In this document: positions 37,459-45,712 of the stretch, piece after piece
Position numbering within the stretch: position 1 is the first letter of the stretch
Layout of the letters: every line of letters begins with the position of its first letter
Assembly: GCA_017625615.1 (NCBI GenBank)
Contig: JAGAKP010000018.1
Coordinates: 2,454-66,453, forward strand
From: Clostridia bacterium
Lineage (GTDB): Bacteria > Bacillota > Clostridia > Oscillospirales > CAG-382
Length of the DNA stretch: 64,000 nucleotides
Reading direction: 5' to 3'
The notes under the pieces: model-generated
Seen by the model: only the letters and a program-made list of their open reading frames with translations
Databases searched by the model: none
Told to the model about the DNA's origin: nothing
Program-made: the position numbers and the translations under genes

Positions 37459-39069
37459 TTATTCTGTTGCAAAGAGGCTGAGCCATTCTTTGTTATTTTC
37501 GTCGGGAGTGGAAAGCATACCGCGTTTATCCGCTTCGTACAGACTGCAGGTTACCAAATAATTGAGCCCGTTTGTCATAAAGTTGCCCATCTGCCAGTGA
37601 AGATGCTCGGGAACGGTTTTTTCGTATTCACCAAGTATTATACTGTATGCTTTATGAACAAGAGGAAGCAATTCTCTACATATCTCCTCTCCCATAGAAA
37701 CCAGATCGCGATATTCCTCGCGGTTTACATAATAATAATTCTGTGCGTAACCGTTTTCGGTCTTTACGAAAAGCTTTTTCTCAAGAGCGATACTGAACAG
37801 ATACTTTTGCTCCTCGTTCAACTGCGAAATATTCACGTTCCCTTTAATTATCTCGCGGCAAAGAAAGAACACCTCCACGGGAGTTTCAAAAAACACGGAG
37901 CTGTCCGCATTGCTCCACCAATGATAAAATCCTTGAACGTGCGCGGTAGAGCTTTTATGAACGGGACCGTCAAAGGCGTGGTATTTTTCCCACGTCATTC
38001 TTTCGGGCATACACATTCCGCTGTCATAACCGAGCGCAATCCATTTTCCGCCGTTGGGACGCAAAGGGATGTCTTCGTATTTTACGGTTATTTTGTTTGC
38101 GTGAGTATAAAATCCGATCTGAATTTCGGGGAAAATATGAAGATATACCCATAGCAGACGGCTCCATTCAAAGCCGGCGGTATTAAATCGTTTTTCCGAA
38201 AGAATATCCTTTTTGGATTCAAGAAAGCCAATAAGCTTTTCGAAAAATTCGGGGAAGCAATCCTCGTATATCTTGTTTGCAAGAGCTTTGTTGTTGCCGG
38301 GAAGAATAACGAAATCTGTCTGGTATTTTCCCTTCGACACCTCTTTCATAAGCTGATTCTGAACCAGAAAATCCACCTCGTCCTCGATATAAGGCGCGGA
38401 AATTCCCAGCTCCTCACAAAGCTCGGTTATTGTAAGCGGCTGCTTGTATGCGGCAAGCAGAATGTTCTGTGCCGCTCTTCTTTTAGCGCAAGACATAGGC
38501 TCGTATCCTGCGCCGAACTGTCCCGTGCAGGACAAAAACAAACTGCCGGGGCGGTAGCTTTTTTCACCGTACTCTCTCATTGTATCAATTCCTTTCTCGA
38601 TAGCAATTCTCGCATCGTGAAGCCACCATTTGACAGTGCCCACACTTTTGCCGAGCTTATTTGCTATTTCCTCGCAGGTCATTTCGTCAAAATAATGCAT
38701 TACCACCGCACGTCGATAGTTACCCGACATAAGAGAAAGCTCACGTCGTAAAAGCTTTTTCTGCTCTTCAAGTATATATTCGTTCTCGGTATCATCGGAA
38801 GCGATGATATTATCGGGAAGGTATACGGTGTCGCCGTGCTTCTTTCTGCGCAAGAGGTTGAAAAACAGATGGTTTGAAACGCTCCACACGAAGGCGTTGA
38901 GGTTTTCTATCTGCTTTTGGCTGTTTATGGATTTTATCACCTCAAGGCAGATATCCTGTGCAAGATCCTCTGCATCCGCTTGGTTGTTAAGCTTCAATCT
39001 GCAAAACCCGTATATTTTCGGGATCATTTCACTTTCAAAGGCGTGTAAAAGGTATTCTTTTTCCGTCAA
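37459..39069 (-). CDS. sigma-70 family (ECF-like) sigma factor with about 350-aa C-terminal extension
   Basis: Region 2 (ADAEDLAQDICLEV) and region 4 HTH (CEEIANKLGKSVGTVKWWLHDAR) lie in the first about 170 aa; the remainder is unassigned. TTG start after a GAGGTGA RBS. Confidence 0.75.
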   Translation of the reverse strand: MTEKEYLLHAFESEMIPKIYGFCRLKLNNQADAEDLAQDICLEVIKSINSQKQIENLNAFVWSVSNHLFFNLLRRKKHGDTVYLPDNIIASDDTENEYILEEQKKLLRRELSLMSGNYRRAVVMHYFDEMTCEEIANKLGKSVGTVKWWLHDARIAIEKGIDTMREYGEKSYRPGSLFLSCTGQFGAGYEPMSCAKRRAAQNILLAAYKQPLTITELCEELGISAPYIEDEVDFLVQNQLMKEVSKGKYQTDFVILPGNNKALANKIYEDCFPEFFEKLIGFLESKKDILSEKRFNTAGFEWSRLLWVYLHIFPEIQIGFYTHANKITVKYEDIPLRPNGGKWIALGYDSGMCMPERMTWEKYHAFDGPVHKSSTAHVQGFYHWWSNADSSVFFETPVEVFFLCREIIKGNVNISQLNEEQKYLFSIALEKKLFVKTENGYAQNYYYVNREEYRDLVSMGEEICRELLPLVHKAYSIILGEYEKTVPEHLHWQMGNFMTNGLNYLVTCSLYEADKRGMLSTPDENNKEWLSLFATE

Positions 39070-39214
39070 GGCTGCTTCACCTCGCTTTCTTTTAGTGCTT
39101 ACAACATGTTGTTTCGCCTATTCAGTAACCGAAAAAGGAAAAGGGTTGGAACTTTTTAAAAATATTTTTTATTGCAATCACCCCAAGTAGCCGTAGGCGC
39201 TTGGGGTGAAAAGG

Positions 39215-40009
39215 TTAATCGTTAATATTCATTATTTCACATATTCCGTCGGGAGGTGCCACGCGGAGGATAACGTCGTCACCTACGCGGATACCGCTTC
39301 CCATAAGCGTGCCGCGGGCGGCGGCAAGAGCGAGGGGAGGACGGTTGTTCTCCTCGCTAAGGTGGGCGAGGACGATACGTTTTACTCCGCTGTGAACGAG
39401 ACGGCAGAGCAGCGTACCGCAATCGCAATTTGAAAGATGACCGTAATCCGAAAGAATACGGTTTTTCAGCGCACGGGGATAGGGACCGTTTTCAAGAAGC
39501 TCGAGATCGTGGTTGGATTCCACCACCACGCTGTCCGCACCGCTTAGTGCCTCCCACACCTGCTCGCTGGCATAGCCGATATCGGTGGCGTAGCCGATAA
39601 CGCCGTTGGGCGTGGTTATGCGAAAGCACACCGAGCCCTGACTGTCGTGAGGGGTGGCGTATGCAGTTATGACCGTATCCAGAAGCTCTACCGTATTACC
39701 GGGGTTGTTTTCGCATAGAAACGGAGCAACCTCGGGGAAAGCGGACTTTATGTAACGGGCACACAAATAAGGCGCGTAGACGGGAATACCGTACTTTTTG
39801 CTTATTACCGCAAGACCTTTAATATGGTCGGTATGCTCGTGAGTTATAAATATTGCGGAGATCTTCTTAATATCACCGCCCACGTTGGCGAGAGCATCGC
39901 ATATACGCTTGGCGGAAACGCCTGCGTCTATAAGAAACTCGTCTCTGCCGGAGCGAACGTAGGTGCAGTTCCCCTTGGAGGAAGAAAATAAGGTACAAGC
40001 AAAAACCAT
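39215..40009 (-). CDS. MBL-fold metallo-hydrolase (YycJ/WalJ-like)
   Basis: HEHTDH zinc motif; its 264 aa match the size and layout of Bacillus YycJ. Confidence 0.8.
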   Translation of the reverse strand: MVFACTLFSSSKGNCTYVRSGRDEFLIDAGVSAKRICDALANVGGDIKKISAIFITHEHTDHIKGLAVISKKYGIPVYAPYLCARYIKSAFPEVAPFLCENNPGNTVELLDTVITAYATPHDSQGSVCFRITTPNGVIGYATDIGYASEQVWEALSGADSVVVESNHDLELLENGPYPRALKNRILSDYGHLSNCDCGTLLCRLVHSGVKRIVLAHLSEENNRPPLALAAARGTLMGSGIRVGDDVILRVAPPDGICEIMNIND

Positions 40010-40013
40010 ATTT

Positions 40014-41294
40014 TTATTTCGCCTCTGTTATTTCTTCGCCGTTTATGCAAGCCGCGCCGTAAGGACGGATATTAAGGAACATACAGCAGCCCTCACCGAA
40101 CACACGCTCCATCTTTTCGCGGTATTCTTCCTTTTGTGAAGAGGGGAGATAGGTCTGTATAGTGCCCGCAAATCCGCCGCCGTGAACACGGCAGATAAGC
40201 CCCATACGCTCGGTAAGCGCCAGCGCGAGAGAAAGACCCTGCTCGGATACGTTTTTGTTGGTATATACGTTCTGCAGAAAACGGAAGGAAGAATTGCCCG
40301 AAGCGGTAACACAGCGGAAGTACCCCTCGGTGTCTCCCTTTTCAAGACATTCCACTGCCTTGTCTACTCTGCGGTTTTCCTCAAAATAATGGAGTGCCCG
40401 AAGAATGGCTCTGTCGCCTACGTTGGCGCGGAGCACGGAAATTCGGGAAATAAACTCGTTTTCGTCTACCTGACGAAGGGTCCTCTTGCCCATAAGAGCG
40501 GCACAGGAAAGCATTTCGGAGGGGACGGAGGCGTAATCGTCTGTAAGGTCGGCGTGGTTTCCGCCGGTGTTTACTATGCAAAGCACGGTGTCGCCGAGAT
40601 CGGGAGTGATCTTTCGGAGTACAGCCTCTTCACCGCCGAAATCTATAAAGGAGCATCCGCCGGAAGCGCACGCTGTCTGATCCATAAGTCCGCAGGGCTT
40701 GCCAAAATATACGTTTTCCGCATATTTTCCTGCCATTGCAAGGAAAAGGGGAGAGAAACGGTTATCGTTATACATTATATTAAGCATATTTCCGCACATT
40801 ACCTCGAATGCCGCAGAGGAAGAAATACCGCTTCCCGTAAGCACGTCGCTGGTGGTGCAGGCACGTATACCGCCAATATTACCGCCGTGGCTCTTGAAGT
40901 AATCGCAAACGCCTGCGATGACCGAGGATGAGCTGCCCTTTTTAGCCTTGTCGGGGTCGATCTCCGCAAGGTTTACAACGTCCTCACGGTAGCCCTCGGA
41001 TTTAATGCGGATATATCCGTCCTCGGCGGGAGAAGCAAGGGCAATAATATCTATATCCACAGCGGCGGCAAGAACTCTGCCATTGTTGTGGTCGGTATGG
41101 TTACCCAAAAGCTCGGTTCTGCCGGGCACGGAAAGCATATACACCTCGGTGTCGCCGTAAAGGGAGAGAAAGCTGTTTGCAAGCTTGGTCCACCTTTCTC
41201 TTTGTGCGCCTACTCGGTCCTTTCCGTAAAGAAGAGTGAAGGCCTTGTCACAGCCGCCTGACGCTATATGATTGATAGTCTGTGTAACTGTCAT
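40014..41294 (-). CDS. galK: galactokinase-like GHMP kinase
   Basis: Galactokinase signature GRTELLGNHTDHNNG and GHMP motif GSGISSSAA. Confidence 0.8.
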   Translation of the reverse strand: MTVTQTINHIASGGCDKAFTLLYGKDRVGAQRERWTKLANSFLSLYGDTEVYMLSVPGRTELLGNHTDHNNGRVLAAAVDIDIIALASPAEDGYIRIKSEGYREDVVNLAEIDPDKAKKGSSSSVIAGVCDYFKSHGGNIGGIRACTTSDVLTGSGISSSAAFEVMCGNMLNIMYNDNRFSPLFLAMAGKYAENVYFGKPCGLMDQTACASGGCSFIDFGGEEAVLRKITPDLGDTVLCIVNTGGNHADLTDDYASVPSEMLSCAALMGKRTLRQVDENEFISRISVLRANVGDRAILRALHYFEENRRVDKAVECLEKGDTEGYFRCVTASGNSSFRFLQNVYTNKNVSEQGLSLALALTERMGLICRVHGGGFAGTIQTYLPSSQKEEYREKMERVFGEGCCMFLNIRPYGAACINGEEITEAK

Positions 41295-41321
41295 AAATGA
41301 TCCTCCGATAATATCTGTATT

Positions 41322-42359
41322 TTACGGCATACAGTAAACCGAAATATCCCACATGGGTACGTATTCTTTTTTGCGTATGTATAATTTATATTTTGAATTA
41401 ACGCGGTGCAAAAGCAAGGGTAATTCCCAAAGGTCGCCCGTGCGGTGGTAAAGTGATACGTTCAAAGCGGGAGAGTGCTTCCAGATGGTGTTCGCCGCAC
41501 CTGCAAGAACCTCTCTTTCGTCGCCCTCCGCATCAATCTTTATGCAGGCAACGTTTTTTTCTGCCGCTACGGAATCAATGCTTTTAACCGCAACGGTTAT
41601 TTTTCCCTTTCCCGTGGAGGACGACCGTCCTCCGCCTCCGCTGAAGGTCGTCTCGCCGTCCCGTCTGCCTGCGGCGGCGTTAAAGGCGGTAAGATTATTC
41701 AGCTCTCGCTTAAGCATTTTATTATATGAGCGTACGTCGGGCTCAAAGCATATCATTTCGGGCACGGCGGGAGCTTTTTCTAAATATTCTTGCGCTGTGT
41801 CGCCGTTATATGCACCCACGTCAATATACGTGCCGTCGTCTCTGAAGTATCCGTCGGGGGGAGTATCGTCTCCCTCAGTGTGCTTAAGATATGAAATATC
41901 TCCAGTGATACAGTAAGCAATTGCGTTTTCGTATATCCGCCGCGAGGTATCGTCGGCAAGTAGGGAGTATACCTTTTCTATATCCTCACGGCTTTGCAAA
42001 ACCGTCTGCTTGTCGGTCACGCCTTCACCGCACACCGCCATATAAGGTGTGTATAAATGATGCTTTGCAGTCACCCGCTCAAGTATATCAGCCTTTCTGC
42101 CCTCAAGAGCAAAGCTTAAAACAGCGATAAAATCGCCGTATATCTCCTCTGCCGCGGATAAGGATAAAACGGGGTATCCCAAAAAGGAGTGGCCTCGCAC
42201 GAATCCGTCGGATGCAAAGACGCCCGCAACCTCAATGCCTCGCGAGGTAAGCAGGGAGTACGCCTTTTCACCGCCGTTTCCCATTCCGTAAAGCAAAACC
42301 TTTTTTCCGGAGGTGCGCAGATATTCAATTCCGTCGGGCAGATCAAAAACGTTTTTCAT
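41322..42359 (-). CDS. FkbM-family methyltransferase with N-terminal extra domain
   Basis: C-terminal IKIDAEGDEREVL and GAYNGDTA motifs of the FkbM family. The start is set at MKNVF after an AAGGAGG RBS. Confidence 0.7.
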   Translation of the reverse strand: MKNVFDLPDGIEYLRTSGKKVLLYGMGNGGEKAYSLLTSRGIEVAGVFASDGFVRGHSFLGYPVLSLSAAEEIYGDFIAVLSFALEGRKADILERVTAKHHLYTPYMAVCGEGVTDKQTVLQSREDIEKVYSLLADDTSRRIYENAIAYCITGDISYLKHTEGDDTPPDGYFRDDGTYIDVGAYNGDTAQEYLEKAPAVPEMICFEPDVRSYNKMLKRELNNLTAFNAAAGRRDGETTFSGGGGRSSSTGKGKITVAVKSIDSVAAEKNVACIKIDAEGDEREVLAGAANTIWKHSPALNVSLYHRTGDLWELPLLLHRVNSKYKLYIRKKEYVPMWDISVYCMP

Positions 42360-42469
42360 ATCCCAAGCCTCCTTGGGGTACATTTTACCACATTTTTATC
42401 AAAAAGGGTAGTATTTTAAATAAAATAATGTTAGAATATATTTGAAATTTACCGTAAGGAGTAGCGTGT

Positions 42470-43525
42470 ATGAAAATTTCAGTTGAGACCTACAGAGATA
42501 AGCTTCGCGCCGCAATGCTTGGCAGATTTGCAGGCTGTGTTCTGGGCTGTCCCGTCGAGGGATGGACTATCGACCGCATCAAAGAATACGCCTTGAAGCA
42601 GGGAATAGGATTCCCTATGGAGGATTACTGGACCGAGGTTCCCGAGCCTGACCTGCAGAGATACATACGTTTTACCTTTAAGAATTACACCAAGCCCTAT
42701 TTTGACGGCTTTCCCGGTGACGATGATATTGCATACACTTTGCTCTCTCTTTTTATAGCGGAGGAAGGTCACGGCAAGGATTTTACCTTGCAGGACGTTG
42801 CGGATGCTTGGCTTAAATATATCACCCTGGCGTGGACGGCGGAGGATATCGCACTCAAAAATCTGCAAAAGGGCATTTCTCCGGAAAAAGCGGCGGAAAT
42901 CGATAACCCTTATCAGGAATGGATAGGCGCGGATATCCGCTGTGACGGATACGGCTATATGGCACCGGGCGATCCGAAAAAGGCTTCCGAAATGGCACGG
43001 ACGGACGCCCTTATCTCTCACCGCGGAAACGGCGTATACGGCTCTATGTATTTTGCCGCAGTTATCGCTCTCGCCTTTGAATGTGATACCGTGGAAGAAG
43101 CTCTCGTCAAGGGACTTGATTATATCCCCGCCGACAGTGCTATGGCGGAGGCGGTAAGATGGTCCTTAAGCATCGCGCCCACCGTCCGTGACGCCGAGCA
43201 CGCAAACGAGCTTGTCACAAAGCGTTACCCCGGTATGCACATCGTTCATACCCTTAATAACGCCTGCCTTACTATATTCGCCCTTTATCTCGGCGGCAAG
43301 GATATCGGCAAGGTATTTGCAAATGCGGTTTCCATGGCGTACGATTGCGATTGCACCGCCGCAACCGCAGGCTCAATTGCGGGCGCCTGCTACGGAATGA
43401 GCGCACTTGATGAAAAATGGTACGAATGCTTTGGCGACAAGGTCTGCTCTTACTTCAACGGACCCGAGGAATACAGCCTTGAGGACCTCTTGAAAAGATA
43501 CGAAAAAATAGCGTTAAGCCGGTAA
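42470..43525 (+). CDS. ADP-ribosylglycohydrolase family protein
   Basis: GDDDIAYTL and DCDCTAATAGSIAGA metal-binding motifs of the ARH/DraG family. Confidence 0.82.
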   Translation: MKISVETYRDKLRAAMLGRFAGCVLGCPVEGWTIDRIKEYALKQGIGFPMEDYWTEVPEPDLQRYIRFTFKNYTKPYFDGFPGDDDIAYTLLSLFIAEEGHGKDFTLQDVADAWLKYITLAWTAEDIALKNLQKGISPEKAAEIDNPYQEWIGADIRCDGYGYMAPGDPKKASEMARTDALISHRGNGVYGSMYFAAVIALAFECDTVEEALVKGLDYIPADSAMAEAVRWSLSIAPTVRDAEHANELVTKRYPGMHIVHTLNNACLTIFALYLGGKDIGKVFANAVSMAYDCDCTAATAGSIAGACYGMSALDEKWYECFGDKVCSYFNGPEEYSLEDLLKRYEKIALSR

Positions 43526-43531
43526 AAAACA

Positions 43532-43569
43532 AAGACTATGCTTTAAAATGTAAAAGCATAGTCTTTTTT
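43532..43569 (+). terminator. intrinsic terminator
   Basis: 12-bp stem AAGACTATGCTT ... AAGCATAGTCTT followed by TTTTTG. Confidence 0.82.
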
Positions 43570-43575
43570 GCGGAT

Positions 43576-43692
43576 ATACACGCTTCCACGTGATGCCATA
43601 CAATGCGCGCGGCGCATCTGTTCCAAGCCAACCTCCGGTTGGATAAAAAGAAAACGTCCGAACAATGCTCGGACGTTTCTTTTTGGTGAAGC
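43576..43692. repeat. hairpin-rich intergenic repeat, copy 1 (contains a bidirectional terminator)
   Basis: It shares ATACACGCTTCCACGTGATGCCATAC and TTGGATAAAAAGAAAACGTCCGAACAATGCTCGGACGTTTCTTTTTGGTGA with 45327-45457. Internal hairpins are ATGCGC-gcg-GCGCAT and CCAACC-tcc-GGTTGG. Confidence 0.65.
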
Positions 43693-43729
43693 GGACGATT
43701 GAATGTCCGAACCGCGATTGTTTATATGC

Positions 43730-43763
43730 AGAAAACAAAGAAAAGCCCCGCACGAGGCGGGGC
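43730..43763 (-). terminator. intrinsic terminator of the XRE/TPR regulator gene
   Basis: GCCCCGC-ctcgt-GCGGGGC (read on the minus strand) followed by TTTTCTTTGTTTT. Confidence 0.75.
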
Positions 43764-43769
43764 AATAAA

Positions 43770-44861
43770 TCACGGCTTTTTAGCAACTTTTTTCAATCGA
43801 TCAACAAGCACTTCATAACGGGTATCGGAACGCAAAACGGCAGCCTCATCGTCATTTGTCAACCATTCAAGCATAGATTGCGAACGATTGCCTTCTGCCT
43901 CCATAATCCATCCACCACTCGAGTAGCCGCGAAGAATGGGCGAGGTGTGCGGAGCATCAAAATCATATGTGTCCATATGAATAGCAAAACCTGCACCTTT
44001 CTCCAGCCACTTCCACGCTTCTTCGTAGTTTTTCTTTCTCAAATATGCGGTGCACAGAAAACTACAAGCGGCTTCGCCAAGCTGGGCTTTGATTTGATAA
44101 TCACCGTCGGGGAAAATCAATTCAAGAAAATCTACTTCTGTTTTCCACAAACCAATTCTGTCTTCAAGTGGATAAATAAACTCTCCGTTATCGTGTCTTT
44201 GACCAACTGCAAGTTCAATCATTTCAGCGGTGTGGTAAATTAAAAACGATAAATATCCTTGAAATTCTTCAAAATCCGCATCCCCCTTCCAACGATACAT
44301 CATAAAGTTTTCGTACGAAAAATGGGTGCGCGGCATTTCCTTGGCAAGCTTTAACATTTCATCCTTTTTGCCTGCATATCCATAAGCGGTTCCAAGTGTG
44401 TCGATTGCTTCATATCGAATCAAACTATCGGTACACTCGGCAAGGATTCGATTGCAAAGATCAAACACCTCGTCATATTCCTTAATGCCTTTTCGAGAAT
44501 ACTCACACACCAACGAATCGGCAAGACTTTGCATGATCTTATAATCGCGCGGGAACTTTTTGTTTGCTTCGCGGAGAAGTTCTGTACGTTCAGTGCCTTT
44601 CCCTTGATAGCCCAATTCAGCCGCATCGCTCAAATATTTCTTTATTTCCTCATTGTTCTTCTCGATATCGATTCCGAGCAAAACATCTGACGAAACATCG
44701 AAAATATGACAGAGTGCGGGGAGTTGGGAAATGTCTGGGGCGGTCCTATCGCATTCCCATTGAGAAATCGCACGCGAAGTGATCCCCAGATACTCTGCAA
44801 GCCGTTCCTGCGTAATATCCTTCTCGCGACGCAGGCGTTTTATGGTTGAACCAATAGACAT
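43770..44861 (-). CDS. XRE-family HTH transcriptional regulator with TPR-like C-terminal domain
   Basis: N-terminal IKRLRREKDITQERLAEYLGITSRAISQWE (Cro/C1 HTH) followed by about 290 aa of helical repeats. One spot-counted 60-nt line gave about 38% G+C. The ATG at MSIGST follows a GGAG RBS; the track ORF starts 5 codons earlier at a TTG. Confidence 0.8.
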   Translation of the reverse strand: MSIGSTIKRLRREKDITQERLAEYLGITSRAISQWECDRTAPDISQLPALCHIFDVSSDVLLGIDIEKNNEEIKKYLSDAAELGYQGKGTERTELLREANKKFPRDYKIMQSLADSLVCEYSRKGIKEYDEVFDLCNRILAECTDSLIRYEAIDTLGTAYGYAGKKDEMLKLAKEMPRTHFSYENFMMYRWKGDADFEEFQGYLSFLIYHTAEMIELAVGQRHDNGEFIYPLEDRIGLWKTEVDFLELIFPDGDYQIKAQLGEAACSFLCTAYLRKKNYEEAWKWLEKGAGFAIHMDTYDFDAPHTSPILRGYSSGGWIMEAEGNRSQSMLEWLTNDDEAAVLRSDTRYEVLVDRLKKVAKKP

Positions 44862-45326
44862 AATATTGTACTCCAAAAAGTATTCAAAAGCGCTTTTGTG
44901 ATTTTATTATATCAGATTTAAAAAAATATTCCACGAAGTGTTTGTTGAGGCAAAGTATAGTTTTGCTTTGATTTTCAAAGATATTATAGCACAAAAACTT
45001 AAATATATCAAGTTGCATTTTCTGCTTTCCCGACGCTTGCGTCTGGGGCAAGCATAGCGCGTGGACGTCCACCGCCAAATGGCGGCGCACGTCTCGCTCC
45101 GTCCCTGCGCTCACGCCGGGACAATATCGGGCAGAAGCCCGAACCAACTAAAAAAGCAAGGCTTTTCAACCTTGCTTTATTTCGGAATATTTAAGCAATA
45201 AATTCTTTGCCTTATCATTCTCCTTTCGCATCCAAATCACGCCGCAGGCGTGTATGGAATCCGCAACTTGTTGCGGAATGGAATTGCGACGCAGTCGCGT
45301 ATGTAATCAAGCCGCAGTGAGACGCG

Positions 45327-45452
45327 TATACACGCTTCCACGTGATGCCATACGCCTGTGGCGATGCCATACACGCTGACGCGTGATTCCATACCAAGCC
45401 TGCGGCTTGGATAAAAAGAAAACGTCCGAACATTGTTCGGACGTTTCTTTTT
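45327..45452. repeat. hairpin-rich intergenic repeat, copy 2, abutting the tRNA 3' end
   Basis: Same conserved blocks as copy 1. Hairpins are CACGC-tgac-GCGTG, CCAAGCC-tgc-GGCTTGG, and the terminator AACGTCCGAACA-ttg-TTCGGACGTT with flanking A/T runs. Confidence 0.65.
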
Positions 45453-45527
45453 TGGTGACCCGTAGGAGAATCGAACTCCTGTTACCGCCGTGTAAGGGCG
45501 GTGTCTTAACCGCTTGACCAACGGGCC
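45453..45527 (-). tRNA. tRNA with UAC anticodon (formally tRNA-Val) on a tRNA-Glu-type body
   Basis: The minus strand reads GGCCCGT TG GTC AAGCGGTTAA GAC A CCGCC CTTACAC GGCGG TAAC AGGAG TTCGATT CTCCT ACGGGTC A CCA. The cloverleaf is good, with a 3-bp D stem, a 4-nt variable loop and the ACACCGCCCUU.CACGGCGGUAAC core typical of bacterial tRNA-Glu, but the anticodon is UAC instead of UUC. Confidence 0.8.
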
Positions 45528-45532
45528 GTTTA

Positions 45533-45608
45533 TGGTAGCGGAAGTGGGACTTGAACCTACGACCTGCCGGGTATGAACCGGATGCTCTGCCAACTGAGCT
45601 ATTCCGCC
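45533..45608 (-). tRNA. tRNA with CAU anticodon (Met or lysidine-Ile2 type), slightly degenerate
   Basis: GGCGGAA TA GCTC AGTTGGCA GAGC A TCCGG TTCATAC CCGGC AGGTC GTAGG TTCAAGT CCCAC TTCCGCT A CCA. The cloverleaf folds but has G1.U72, U27.C43 and A51.C63 non-Watson-Crick pairs. Confidence 0.7.
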
Positions 45609-45712
45609 ATTTTATTCCGCTTTTCTTGCCGTCGTGCTGACAGCTTGCTTATTATACCAAGCTTTTTTTCATTTGTCAATAGTTTTTTTATTAAAAATGA
45701 AAATAATGTTTC

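Noticed and set aside
39215-43525. Considered MBL hydrolase - galactokinase - FkbM methyltransferase - (divergent) ADP-ribosylglycohydrolase as a functional system.
   Set aside because: The genes are common housekeeping or accessory enzymes with host-like composition. The ARH gene is on the opposite strand. I see no sequence-level evidence linking them beyond proximity.
44815-44825. While hand-translating the XRE regulator I read CCC at about 44819-44821, which would frameshift the gene. My hand indexing also ran +1 relative to the ORF track between about 44.82 and 45.15 kb.
   Set aside because: The supplied ORF track gives an uninterrupted 368-aa ORF and my indexing agrees with the track on both sides, so I treat this as my own counting or reading error in a homopolymer, not as evidence for a pseudogene. 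Coordinates in this interval may be off by 1 nt.
45215-45593. ORFs 45237-45593 (118 aa) and 45215-45433 (72 aa) on the minus strand, and 43543-43773 (76 aa).
   Set aside because: They run straight through two tRNA genes and the intergenic repeats. The peptide similarity between 43543-43773 and 45215-45433 (LFGRFLFIQ) simply reflects the DNA repeat.
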